Sequence record: MG752970.1
Length of the DNA: 64,000 nucleotides
Reading direction: 5' to 3' (one strand)
Shown: positions 28,487-38,167 of the stretch, in pieces
Position numbering within the stretch: the first letter of the stretch is position 1
Layout: each line of letters begins with the position of its first letter
The notes under the pieces: generated by a model
The model's database searches: none
What the model was told of the DNA's origin: nothing
What the model saw: only the letters and a program-made list of their open reading frames with translations
Made by a program: the position numbers and the translations under genes

Positions 28487-29643
28487 TGTGCATCTACCTC
28501 ACCGGTTCGGCCATCTGAATCCAGTAATTGATTGACCAGTTCACCGTCAAGAGTTGCACTCCAACCAGTTGTGTTGCACTTTAGCGTAATGCCGTCACCG
28601 ACTGGGGTGATAGTACACGTGGATGCTCCATCAACATTCATTTCTACAGTTTCACCGGTATCAATAGCTTGCCTGATTTGTGCTATTTCATCATGTGTGA
28701 ATTGAAGATCGACGCCATCGGCCTTTATAGAAACTGAGTCATTGGCCATTTGAACTTCACCCTGACTTTCGTGTATAGAATAATCAGAGAATGAATCATG
28801 GCCTAGAAATTTTAGAAGATAATAGCGCTGATGTTGGTTTAATTCCTTTACATGTTCACCAATGATGTGAACTAATGATTGATAGCGTACAAGCATGCTT
28901 GGGGTGATTCCCAATTTTGTGGCGACATCTACACCAAGCTGGCGATAACGATTTGACCCTATATACCTGTCAAGACGGGTTCTATCAGGATCCATAGCCG
29001 ATACAGATGAATCAATGTCATCGTCTAGTGCCCCAAATTTTGGTGATTCGTCGCTCGCCTTCGTGAATTGGTTGTCGTCTTCAACGTCATCTTTGCTTTC
29101 GCGAAAACGCGCCTTAAATGATTCTTCTGATTCACCAAGAAATTTCGTCTTGAGTCCCAGTTTGGTAGAATAGCTTTCTGACGTGTCGGATCTATCTACG
29201 GCTTTATTAAGAGATTCGGATCCATCGGTCATGGTGTCCTCAGCATCTTCATCTGATGGATCATGATCTTCATCTTCATCTTCTTCGTTTTCGTCGTCAT
29301 AGCCTTCTGGCCATTCTACGTCAACGATGTCATATTCTTTGTCTAGCTCGGCAAGAACTTCGTCTATGTCGTCATTTTCTGCTAGTTCGTTGGCCAGTGC
29401 AGCTTCGAAATCGTCGGCTTGATCTGCTCTAACGTACACTTTAACGACCGCACCGGTATCAGTTTCCATTCCGAAAACTACGGTGTCAACATCATCTATT
29501 TCGGCTGCCCTATCCAGTTTAGCATGAACATCGTTATCTGACATTGCTGCCAGCTTTTCAAGATTCTGTTGAGCTCGCTCGCCAGCTTCATCGCCAGTTG
29601 TAACCGGCATTTTTTCTAGAAGCGATTGAAGAAATTTTGTCAT
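28483..29643 (-). CDS. acidic late protein, possible prohead core/internal head protein
   Basis: Late motif upstream; N-terminus MTKFLQSLLE; very acidic. Confidence 0.55.
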   Translation of the reverse strand: MTKFLQSLLEKMPVTTGDEAGERAQQNLEKLAAMSDNDVHAKLDRAAEIDDVDTVVFGMETDTGAVVKVYVRADQADDFEAALANELAENDDIDEVLAELDKEYDIVDVEWPEGYDDENEEDEDEDHDPSDEDAEDTMTDGSESLNKAVDRSDTSESYSTKLGLKTKFLGESEESFKARFRESKDDVEDDNQFTKASDESPKFGALDDDIDSSVSAMDPDRTRLDRYIGSNRYRQLGVDVATKLGITPSMLVRYQSLVHIIGEHVKELNQHQRYYLLKFLGHDSFSDYSIHESQGEVQMANDSVSIKADGVDLQFTHDEIAQIRQAIDTGETVEMNVDGASTCTITPVGDGITLKCNTTGWSATLDGELVNQLLDSDGRTGEVDAQ

Positions 29644-29666
29644 TCGTATTTCCTGTTATTTTAAGG

Positions 29667-29674
29667 TATTTATC
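29667..29674 (-). promoter_or_regulatory. T4-like late promoter (GATAAATA)
   Basis: Upstream of ATG 29643. Confidence 0.55.
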
Positions 29675-31355
29675 AAGAGCGTTTCTTCTTTTTGCGTTTA
29701 GCTATCATAGCTTTAGCTTTTGATGAGCGAGTTCTCTTGATCATTGTTCCTCTTGAGAAGAGGGGTTGTGGAAACGTAGCTATATCTGCTGATGTGACAG
29801 CACCGGAATCTACAGCACCACCGTCATCTTCCAACAGTGATTCTGCCATAACTGGTTCGGTAAACAATCTGTCAATTTGCTTAGGAAACATTGCTAAGTA
29901 AATATCGCTGATTCTATTAGCATCCAAAATTTTATTCTCTAAGCTATTCAATTCCTTTCTAGCTTCGGCAAATGCAAGCAGTGTTCTATATTTGATTTCA
30001 TCGTCATACTTTGCTTTCTTATCTCCCTTGAGGTCGACAGAATATGACTTGCTGTGGAGCTTAAACTCACTTAGTGCTTTGTCTAGAGCTTCAATCGAAT
30101 ATTGAATGATTGCTTTTGCTTTTCTTTTGACAGAATCTAATTCGATATTTCTGAACTTATCATTGATTGCTGAAACCAAACCATCACGTGTAATAGCTCC
30201 AAATTTCTTCAGAGTCGATTTTAACGATGATGCATTTGACACATCTGGAATTCCTATGATCTTATATAGGCGCAATTTGGTATTTCCTACGATACCGCCT
30301 CTAGATGTGAGAGGCGCAGCCGGATCATTGGTAAGAATTTGACCAGATATTGTTCTACGGACTTCGTGATTGAATTTGTTAAGCTTTGTAAAATCACCTT
30401 TGTCAACGATCTTAGTTTGATCATCTGAATCGGGATCTAGTAAAACTATTCCTTCAACATTTCCATTGCTGGAATTCATCTTTGATTGAATTTTTCCAGC
30501 ATATGCATCAAGAAGTTTCTTCTTGATAGGAAGCTTGAAATCGTTGAACAGCGCCGCTGCAACCTTTTCTCTTTCGACTTTGATTGCCGGTCTGTCTTTT
30601 ACAGGAACATCATTCAGTGAAACCGTTACCACCTGTCTATTCGTCATTTTGATTCCGACTGCTGACAGCGGTTTATTTGTTTCTTCAAGGTATCTTTTCA
30701 GCTTAAACATTTCTTGCTGAACATTCACCTTTGTTAGAATACTGTTGTTGATGACTTGTGTGGATGTAAATTTCCACTGCGTCAGCTTTTCCTCTTCCTC
30801 TACATTGACACCATCATCGGTGTAAACTTGCATAGTCTTGACGGCGACACTTTTTCCTTTGAGTGCTTCGTCGAGCTTTCCAACAATTTCTTGATCTGGT
30901 GTTTTATCTGCATCTTGACCCTGAACAGATCTTAGGAATGCAATGTAATTAAATCCGTCTAGATCATATTCAATGGCATTTGGCTGATTTCCGAAAAGAA
31001 TTTCACATTCGACTTCTCTCCCGGCACCCACAACATCTCTTAGGATATTAACTACTTTTAGTAAAGCTGCGTGAGCTGATTTAAAACCATTTGCAGCCCC
31101 ATTGATCCCGTATTCAGAGGGCTTACGGATGAGGACTGGGGATGATTTACGTCTAGTGTAAAATTTGCCATTGTTGTCGAAGCCGAATGACAACTGGGCA
31201 CCATCTAGCTTCTCTGAGATGATAAATTTCGACAAATTGTCAATTGTACTTATGAATTTGTCGATTGAAAGATCTTCCAGATGCGAAATACCTTCCGTTA
31301 GAATAGGTTGTGCGTATTGCTTAAAGGTTAGCATTAGCGTCTCTCTGTGTAACAT
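29673..31355 (-). CDS. late protein with a ligase/capping-type nucleotidyltransferase (KxDG) domain
   Basis: ISHLEDL...ISEKLDG (motif I), ECEIL (III), NVEGIVL (IV), KIV (V). Probable start MLTFKQY at about 31334. Confidence 0.55.
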   Translation of the reverse strand: MLHRETLMLTFKQYAQPILTEGISHLEDLSIDKFISTIDNLSKFIISEKLDGAQLSFGFDNNGKFYTRRKSSPVLIRKPSEYGINGAANGFKSAHAALLKVVNILRDVVGAGREVECEILFGNQPNAIEYDLDGFNYIAFLRSVQGQDADKTPDQEIVGKLDEALKGKSVAVKTMQVYTDDGVNVEEEEKLTQWKFTSTQVINNSILTKVNVQQEMFKLKRYLEETNKPLSAVGIKMTNRQVVTVSLNDVPVKDRPAIKVEREKVAAALFNDFKLPIKKKLLDAYAGKIQSKMNSSNGNVEGIVLLDPDSDDQTKIVDKGDFTKLNKFNHEVRRTISGQILTNDPAAPLTSRGGIVGNTKLRLYKIIGIPDVSNASSLKSTLKKFGAITRDGLVSAINDKFRNIELDSVKRKAKAIIQYSIEALDKALSEFKLHSKSYSVDLKGDKKAKYDDEIKYRTLLAFAEARKELNSLENKILDANRISDIYLAMFPKQIDRLFTEPVMAESLLEDDGGAVDSGAVTSADIATFPQPLFSRGTMIKRTRSSKAKAMIAKRKKKKRS

Positions 31356-31361
31356 TTAAGC

Positions 31362-31369
31362 TATTTATT
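31362..31369 (-). promoter_or_regulatory. T4-like late promoter (AATAAATA)
   Basis: Between the terminator at 31389 and the ligase-like gene. Confidence 0.6.
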
Positions 31370-31388
31370 ACCTATAGCTAGAAAATGA

Positions 31389-31412
31389 AAAAGGGCTAAA
31401 TTTAGCCCTTTT
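31389..31412 (-). terminator. rho-independent terminator (perfect palindrome)
   Basis: AAAAGGGCTAAATTTAGCCCTTTT. Confidence 0.8.
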
Positions 31413-31413
31413 G

Positions 31414-31791
31414 TTAGTCTACGACTATTGGTTCGTTCCATGGATAGTTTGGTGGATAATTTGGAGGATATGCCCAAGGTGTTCCAGTTCTATCTGATGG
31501 ATAAATCCATGGTCTATATGGAGGAACAGGATTTGTTCCTGTTTGATTATCTCGTTCGTACTTTTTGATAGCTTCTTCCATTTCTTCGGCTGCTTTCTTA
31601 ACTATGTCTTCCTTCACTGATGGTTTTGGCGCCGGTGTAGGAAGTTGAGTTAGTGTTGCTTGTCCGACCTTTTCAACAATCTTTGCCCATTCCTCGGTGG
31701 TAGGAAGTCTACCACCGGTGATTTCAATAAATCCGGCTAACCATTTTGCTAGATCAGACGGAATTGGTTGAACGATGTTAGACGTTGTCAT
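31414..31791 (-). CDS. hypothetical protein with Pro/Tyr/Trp-rich tail
   Basis: ORF track; PPNYPPNYPWN repeat. Confidence 0.6.
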   Translation of the reverse strand: MTTSNIVQPIPSDLAKWLAGFIEITGGRLPTTEEWAKIVEKVGQATLTQLPTPAPKPSVKEDIVKKAAEEMEEAIKKYERDNQTGTNPVPPYRPWIYPSDRTGTPWAYPPNYPPNYPWNEPIVVD

Positions 31792-31793
31792 GA

Positions 31794-32096
31794 TTATCCT
31801 AGAAGCTTAACGCGCTTGATATTGAACTTGCGGTGCTTTAAGGCATCACTGGGTTCCCAATTGGACGCGGTAGCATCAAGCCATTGCTCAAACGTTGGTG
31901 CTTTGACATTTTCTAGAAACGCCAGATACATATCGTAAAATTCTTCAAAGCATTTACGATCGTATTCGCCCATTTCTGTCAAATCGATTGCATTGAGGTT
32001 TTCTGTTGGGAGGCGATGAAACAGTGCCTCCCTAGTGGTGACATTACCCTTAGAATCGGTATATTCAAACTTACGGATATTATCTTTTGCTGTCAT
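31794..32096 (-). CDS. hypothetical protein (100 aa)
   Basis: Start reassigned to MTAKDNIRKF to avoid overlap with the upstream gene. Confidence 0.55.
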   Translation of the reverse strand: MTAKDNIRKFEYTDSKGNVTTREALFHRLPTENLNAIDLTEMGEYDRKCFEEFYDMYLAFLENVKAPTFEQWLDATASNWEPSDALKHRKFNIKRVKLLG

Positions 32097-32103
32097 TTTA
32101 ATC

Positions 32104-32379
32104 TCAGTAGTCACCGCCATCAGTCTCAGCTGATTCCTGAGGGGCGGCTGTCTCAGTTTCAGGTTGAGCAGGATGCTCGTAATTGTACATGAGCTGGGCC
32201 AATTCAACGTTTAGTTGACGAATAGCAGCTTCAGTCATAGATAGTTCAATGCGCTGTTCTTGGAGCTTGTTTGCCCAAATGCGATGAATTTCGATTAGTT
32301 TTTGCGCGTCTTGTGGTAGCTGTGATTCGATGTAATGCTTGCCGCCGATGCTAACAACTGATTGATTGCTGAAATCCAA
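32104..32379 (-). CDS. small coiled-coil hypothetical protein
   Basis: TTG start with GGAG RBS directly after the helicase. Confidence 0.55.
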   Translation of the reverse strand: MDFSNQSVVSIGGKHYIESQLPQDAQKLIEIHRIWANKLQEQRIELSMTEAAIRQLNVELAQLMYNYEHPAQPETETAAPQESAETDGGDY

Positions 32380-32381
32380 AA

Positions 32382-33710
32382 TTATTCTCCTAGTTTAAGT
32401 AGTTCATCAATTGACCTTGGCTTGGTCGTCTTGATCTGATTTATTTGACTCTTGAAGTCAGTGAAGTTTTGCTCTTTGCGTTCTCTGTTACCAATCACGA
32501 GAGTTTGAGGATCCCATGCTAGAGTCACATGATTTCCAACACCGGCACTTGAGCGCGTTTTTAGGAGCTCAAGAATGTAAATCCCCTGTGCCTTGTGTGC
32601 TTCATCCTGCCGAATACCTATTAGGTTATCTGCAGTGTTAACCTTCGACATACCGCCGGCAATTTGTGCCTGAGAATACTTTTCGGATTCAATTGCCGAG
32701 CGACCCAACTGTGAAGCTGTAATGCCAATTGAATTTGTCTCAAAAGCGAGTGCTCGAAGTTCTTCAGACACAAACTTATCTTTTACGAACAGATTTTCAG
32801 CACTCACAGGATTGTTGGAGGCCATAATATCCAAATAGTCGGTGATGATGAAATCTGGATATGATCCATTTACTAATTCATATTCTTTCAGAAATGCTCT
32901 AAGATGATTACAGTTGGTGGTGCTTTCTGGCATCCGCTTGATAGTCAAACGCCCATACTTTGATCTCTGTTCTAGAATGGTGTCAGATACTTTCTCCAAA
33001 TTTGGAAGAATATCCTGTTGTTGAAAGCCCGACAACATTGAATCTAGTCGTTTAGCAACTAGATTTTCTGCAAGCTCCATCGAAAAATATACACCATTTA
33101 GAAGATGACCAGTTTCCTTGTTGAATTGTGTTAAAAGATTCTTACCAACATTCAACATGACCATTGACTTGCCTTTACCTGGTGGTCCAGCAAATACATT
33201 CAATTCTTGCTTGTTGACTCCACCACCTAGCATGTAATCCAAGTCATCCCACCCGGTGGAATACATTGAATTCACTGTTGTGAGTTGTTTGAGCCGCGTC
33301 AGTGGATCTTGGAAATAATCAAGACCCAGCTCTCTGTTAATACCAACCATGAGAGCATCCCGAATTGACTTTTCAATTTGACCAAATTCTCCCTTTTCTA
33401 TAAGCGGGGGAGATGAAAGAATGGCATATTCGATTGCCTTATTCTTGCAGAAATTTTCAATTTCTGTTGTGGCATACGACATTTCTGCCGTACCCACGTT
33501 TTTCTGTTGTAGCGTTACGCCAGTTTCGGCTTGTACTTGATCAACGCCGGGAACGTGTTTGTGTTGATTGAAATATTCTTTGATGAACGTAACGCATTTT
33601 TTAACCTCTGGCTCAAAATATTCTGGTCGGAGGATTGCATTACACTTCGCAAATAGATCATAAGACGAAGTGAGGTATGACAGAAGTAACTTTTGCTTCT
33701 CGATGTTCAT
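32382..33710 (-). CDS. 41: replicative DNA helicase (T4 gp41/DnaB-like)
   Basis: AGPPGKGKS Walker A; YFSMEL, IITDYLD, TASQ, KTRSS motifs. Confidence 0.92.
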   Translation of the reverse strand: MNIEKQKLLLSYLTSSYDLFAKCNAILRPEYFEPEVKKCVTFIKEYFNQHKHVPGVDQVQAETGVTLQQKNVGTAEMSYATTEIENFCKNKAIEYAILSSPPLIEKGEFGQIEKSIRDALMVGINRELGLDYFQDPLTRLKQLTTVNSMYSTGWDDLDYMLGGGVNKQELNVFAGPPGKGKSMVMLNVGKNLLTQFNKETGHLLNGVYFSMELAENLVAKRLDSMLSGFQQQDILPNLEKVSDTILEQRSKYGRLTIKRMPESTTNCNHLRAFLKEYELVNGSYPDFIITDYLDIMASNNPVSAENLFVKDKFVSEELRALAFETNSIGITASQLGRSAIESEKYSQAQIAGGMSKVNTADNLIGIRQDEAHKAQGIYILELLKTRSSAGVGNHVTLAWDPQTLVIGNRERKEQNFTDFKSQINQIKTTKPRSIDELLKLGE

Positions 33711-33787
33711 TAATGTAATTGTAAGTAGTGTTATGAGCTTGCATGATATTTAACGTGATTGATCCACTGATGTGATGGACCGTATAG

Positions 33788-34459
33788 TTAAAAGACAAAC
33801 CCAGCTCCAAGATTCACTGCCTTGGAGAAGTCAATCCAGTGCGTAGCCTGAGCATCAGCAAATTTTGACTTGCGCAATATTTCGGGAGAAAACATTCTGT
33901 CAACTCGCAACATACCTTTTAGTGTAATGTTAGAAAGACAGGTTTCACCGTCTTTATGTTGGAGGCCATCATGGCGACCAATTATGAATAGGTGGGTTTT
34001 ATCCCTGTTTTTATAAAGAGTGGTTAAATTGGGACATCCTGAATTCTCTAGTCCTTCACCTGCCATGTCGCATATTGAATTCAGATATTTCCATTTTCCA
34101 GGATACATTTTAATTTCGATAAAAATTTCATCTTGAGTATCTGGATTAATAACACTTAAATCCGCAAAATAATCATTGACGTATGCAGGTTCAAGATTGG
34201 CTTTATCAAGGAGGTTATAAACGTATTGCTCTCCGAGACTTCCTACCAGATTACGGTTGATAAGACCGTTTATCCAAGTATCGTCTACTGAATTGCCTTT
34301 CTTTATTTCCGTCTCGATGATTCCTTCGCCTTGAATTTTTATTCTAGCTATAGTTTCATCGTTAGCATATTCGGCATTGGGACCAGCTCCCACATTACGC
34401 AATGATTTGCCCAATGTGTTGACTATGAATTTTAGATTAGTGTCAATGAGATTTGTCAT
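33788..34459 (-). CDS. putative PD-(D/E)XK restriction-like endonuclease
   Basis: LGEQYV...FADLSV...FIEIK motif arrangement; sits between primase and helicase. Confidence 0.5.
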   Translation of the reverse strand: MTNLIDTNLKFIVNTLGKSLRNVGAGPNAEYANDETIARIKIQGEGIIETEIKKGNSVDDTWINGLINRNLVGSLGEQYVYNLLDKANLEPAYVNDYFADLSVINPDTQDEIFIEIKMYPGKWKYLNSICDMAGEGLENSGCPNLTTLYKNRDKTHLFIIGRHDGLQHKDGETCLSNITLKGMLRVDRMFSPEILRKSKFADAQATHWIDFSKAVNLGAGFVF

Positions 34460-35427
34460 CTTCTTGTTTTTAGTTTGGCGGCGAGCATGTTAACCCAGAG
34501 CTTTGCCTCTAATCCACTCTTTACGTTACTCATCAAATTGGTGACGGTCCACAGTTTGCCATGTCTCTGAATTGCTTTGTTTACATCACCAATATCGCCA
34601 GAAATAAAAGTGATTGGGTGATCATACTGAAGCGCAGTTTGAGCGAAGCTAATCCCATTTAAATCCTTGTCAATTACGAATACCTTCTTTCTTCGTCCTT
34701 GATTCAAAATTTCCATTTTTTGAACGGGAATTTTACTACCAATGGTACTGCAACCATTGATAGGAATTGCGTCAAATATTCCTTCAGTCACAAACAGCAT
34801 TGATTGCGAATTATCGTGAATTGCATCAACGTTGTAAATTATTCTGTCTTTTTCTTCGGTGCAATTCAAGTATCGTTTTTTATTTTCATCGTCCATTGAT
34901 CTGGCTTGCCAATAAACGAGTCTCCCATTTTTATAAAATGGAATAATGATCCTATCTCTATACTTTGGATCTTCTGAAAGATACCATTTTAGTTCTTTAG
35001 GATCAATACATCTGCTTTCTAAATATGCAGAAGCCACCTCACACCATGGATCATCTGGTGTTGGGATGTATGATTTTTCTGGTAGTTCTACTTCTTTGAT
35101 CGGCTGTATCTTTTGGATTTCTCCATTTGAAGAAACACGTCCTGATTCTGGAGAGAAGAAATTTTTTGCCAGTTGCAGCTCAACGTATTCAATATCGAAT
35201 CCGAATTCATCAAGGATGCGTTTGAACTTGTCATTAAGCTTTCTAGCGTCCTCATATTGAGTCCCAGTGACACCGCAATTGAAGCAGTTGTATACCACCT
35301 TATCTGACTCGAAAAGAAAGGCACCGCGAGGTTGATAGTCATTGCAGCACTTGCACTTAATGTGGTGCCAACCTTTAGCTGTGGTTTTTGAGAAGATGAG
35401 ATGATCTCTTATTAATTGTTCTAGCAT
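34456..35427 (-). CDS. 61: DNA primase (T4 gp61-like)
   Basis: CKCC...CFNC zinc finger; RIIIPF...WQAR; TOPRIM TEGIFD...IDKD. Confidence 0.9.
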   Translation of the reverse strand: MLEQLIRDHLIFSKTTAKGWHHIKCKCCNDYQPRGAFLFESDKVVYNCFNCGVTGTQYEDARKLNDKFKRILDEFGFDIEYVELQLAKNFFSPESGRVSSNGEIQKIQPIKEVELPEKSYIPTPDDPWCEVASAYLESRCIDPKELKWYLSEDPKYRDRIIIPFYKNGRLVYWQARSMDDENKKRYLNCTEEKDRIIYNVDAIHDNSQSMLFVTEGIFDAIPINGCSTIGSKIPVQKMEILNQGRRKKVFVIDKDLNGISFAQTALQYDHPITFISGDIGDVNKAIQRHGKLWTVTNLMSNVKSGLEAKLWVNMLAAKLKTRR

Positions 35428-35442
35428 CTCTAGAAATAAAAA

Positions 35443-35471
35443 TGGCCGACGGTATATTTACACGTCGGCCA
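35443..35471 (-). terminator. rho-independent terminator
   Basis: TGGCCGACG/CGTCGGCCA stem followed on the - strand by TTTTTATTT. Confidence 0.65.
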
Positions 35472-35495
35472 GCCACTTGATTGGTAGACTGTTTG

Positions 35496-36203
35496 CTAAC
35501 TGCTTGCCAGAAGAAGTCTATTCTTCTTGTTCAGTTTAGCCATCACACCGTTGGCATATTTGTTTACTGCAACAGAATAAGGAAATGTGGAAGGATCCAC
35601 AGATTCTGCTCCAGCCTTGCCACGATTGTAACGTGCGGCCACCAGCATTTTAGGTTCGTTCTTTGCTCCAAGCATTACCAAATATTTGCTAGCAAGTCTG
35701 ACGGCAAATTTCTTGTCAGTGATCATGCTAGCTACAAGCTCTTCTTCTGTTTTGAATTTTCCGAGACTTGGATATTTGGCAAGAACGTCTTTGGCGGCAT
35801 TGAGCTTCATTTGCGCAACTCCGTAATATCGCGCCAGAGGTTTAAGCCCAAATTCGTGTCCTGCTACTTTGTAGTCCTTGTATGTCCCAACCTTGGATTC
35901 CTGCATGATGATTCCTTGGATGAGAGTAGGATCCTTGAACCCATCTTCCTGCGCAACTTTGTACGCATAAATCAGAAGTTCGCTCTGTTCTTTGTTGAAG
36001 TCTGTTGTTGGTTTGACTTCTTTATTTTTCTTGATTTCTTCTTTTTCGATTTCAAGTTGTGTGATTTTCGCCTCGTAAGCATCTTTGAGACGCTGTTCAC
36101 GAACATCAGCTGCACGGATTGTGGAGAAGAAGATAAAAACTCCCACTGCCACCAAGGCTGCGATTGCTGCGTTCTTCCTGGTCATCGGTTTCCCTCCTAT
36201 CAA
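35496..36203 (-). CDS. lytic transglycosylase (SLT/lysozyme-like) with N-terminal membrane anchor
   Basis: IIMQES catalytic Glu, YGVAQMK, AARYNRG; hydrophobic N-terminus AAIAALVAVGVFIFF. Confidence 0.75.
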   Translation of the reverse strand: MIGGKPMTRKNAAIAALVAVGVFIFFSTIRAADVREQRLKDAYEAKITQLEIEKEEIKKNKEVKPTTDFNKEQSELLIYAYKVAQEDGFKDPTLIQGIIMQESKVGTYKDYKVAGHEFGLKPLARYYGVAQMKLNAAKDVLAKYPSLGKFKTEEELVASMITDKKFAVRLASKYLVMLGAKNEPKMLVAARYNRGKAGAESVDPSTFPYSVAVNKYANGVMAKLNKKNRLLLASS

Positions 36204-36216
36204 AAAGACATAAACA

Positions 36217-36246
36217 ATTATATATCGATTTTTAGGAAAAGTAAAC
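36217..36246 (-). promoter_or_regulatory. early promoter (G)TTTACT-N17-TATAAT
   Basis: T4-early-like -35 GTTTAC and perfect -10. Confidence 0.7.
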
Positions 36247-36259
36247 GAAATTTTAGGAT

Positions 36260-38167
36260 TTAAATCAAACCTTGAATGATTTCGGTTAGTATTTCGTTCG
36301 GAGCATGTTGATAATCCAATGTCAGATCATCTGACCCCTCACAGTCGACAACGTTGTCAAAAATATCATCATAAAGACCTTTTTGTAAATTCCAGGTTAT
36401 TGCTATAGTGTCGTGACCATACGCAAACTTGAAATATTTTGCTCCCTGTTTCAGGACTTCCAATCTAACATTTAGATAGTCTCCCGTTTCTTTGTCAACT
36501 GACGCAATTTTGGATTGTTTGAAGATAACATCAGCTCCCGCGAATGATGAATACGCTGATACTCGACCGTCCTTACCAAACTTAGCTCTGAAAAATGGTT
36601 CATCACCACCATCGGTTAGAATGAGACACTTTTTGACAGCAGCTCTTTTTGATTTTAGAATTTGATGCGCATATAAAAATCCTTCGGTGACATTTGTTCC
36701 TTCAAATTGGAAGAAGGACGCAGACGTGCGATGATTTACACACAACTTCCAAAACTTATACAGCTTATTGTCGAAATCCGAATCTTTAGTGTTCAAGATA
36801 GGGAGAAATTTTGATGGATTGATAGCTGACATTGGGGTACCAATGAATCCACTTACGATTCCACTGGCAGTAGTGTACAGGAAAATCTCAGCTTCTATTT
36901 TTGCTTTTCGACAGAACAGTGCTATTTCAGCTGTTCTGCAGAATAATGAGCGTGTGCAACCCATCATCGACCCGCTCCAATCTAATGCTATTGCATAAGT
37001 GTGATTTTGTTGGTTAGGTCTAATTTTCTTGATTTCGAAAATATCATCATCTATCTGATAATATGGAATCTTTGCTACGTCAACATCTCCGGAGTTTACG
37101 TTCTTCGTGTTGGCTCTGTTAGCAGCACTCTTTCTTACCATGAACGTGTGATAAATTCGATTTGAAACCTTGGTAGCTTCGGTTTTTACCTTCTTAAAGA
37201 TTTGATCAGTTGTGTGACCAGAATCTGAACCTACGAATGATACTTTTTTGATGTCAGTAAAACTCGAGCATTTCCGAAGTAGTGCCTCATCCAATACCGA
37301 ATAAACTACGTCATTCTTTTCGGGATCAGATCCTTTCATTACATCATGGTGATCAAAAAACTGATCGTCATTTTCTAGAATGTCCTGTGGGCAGCATCCT
37401 GACCCTGGTGAATTTTCAGGTTTTTGAGCATTGCCTGATTTGTCAGTTTTTCCTTCTTCTTTCTTTCCATTGGCGTTAGATGATTTCATTTCTTTATCAT
37501 CTGACTCACCGTCTCCATCTAGATGTTCGTCTGATTCTTCGTCTGATTCAGAGCTGACTATTGAAGGTGCCGGTATTGAAACTTTTACGGAATATTTTTT
37601 GAGCATTTCGTTAATAAGCTCAGCCATCCGTATTCTGTCTCTTATGCTGTCACTTGATAAATTTTCGGCATCTCTAAGTAGCTTCAAATCCGGTAGTTGA
37701 ACCTGTGGCGGATATGGGAGAGTCTTTGCATACTTTCCTCCTTTGCAGTTGTAATTTAGAACATTTACAATCCATGTTACCAATTCAATGGATGTAAAAT
37801 CTCTACCTACAAAAAGTTTTTGGAAATATTGCTTGAGATATTTTTTAACTCCCGGATACGCTCGACACAATTTTCTTTCAATGTATCCATCTTCTACTAT
37901 GTTGAAGATGGTGAAGAATGGCTGTATCTCGTTGAGTTGATGTTTTGTGATGTTAGTGAACAGCGCATGCCCAACTTCATGGAATGTGAATCCAGGAGTT
38001 AGCTCTTCATCTTCATGTTTTTCAGATAGATATAAATCTCGACTTAGTAAATCGAAAGCGGCAGGAGCGCTCATAGCCGAATTTACGATAACGCGAATAT
38101 TTTCCTTAGCGCACAGGCTCGCAAGACATTTCACATATCCGGCATCGTCCGAAACTTTATAGGTCAT
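36260..38167 (-). CDS. vWA-domain protein with N-terminal HExxH region (CobT-like partner of MoxR ATPase)
   Basis: FHEVGH...NIVEDGYIE; MIDAS DWSGSM...T...LTDG. Confidence 0.8.
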   Translation of the reverse strand: MTYKVSDDAGYVKCLASLCAKENIRVIVNSAMSAPAAFDLLSRDLYLSEKHEDEELTPGFTFHEVGHALFTNITKHQLNEIQPFFTIFNIVEDGYIERKLCRAYPGVKKYLKQYFQKLFVGRDFTSIELVTWIVNVLNYNCKGGKYAKTLPYPPQVQLPDLKLLRDAENLSSDSIRDRIRMAELINEMLKKYSVKVSIPAPSIVSSESDEESDEHLDGDGESDDKEMKSSNANGKKEEGKTDKSGNAQKPENSPGSGCCPQDILENDDQFFDHHDVMKGSDPEKNDVVYSVLDEALLRKCSSFTDIKKVSFVGSDSGHTTDQIFKKVKTEATKVSNRIYHTFMVRKSAANRANTKNVNSGDVDVAKIPYYQIDDDIFEIKKIRPNQQNHTYAIALDWSGSMMGCTRSLFCRTAEIALFCRKAKIEAEIFLYTTASGIVSGFIGTPMSAINPSKFLPILNTKDSDFDNKLYKFWKLCVNHRTSASFFQFEGTNVTEGFLYAHQILKSKRAAVKKCLILTDGGDEPFFRAKFGKDGRVSAYSSFAGADVIFKQSKIASVDKETGDYLNVRLEVLKQGAKYFKFAYGHDTIAITWNLQKGLYDDIFDNVVDCEGSDDLTLDYQHAPNEILTEIIQGLI

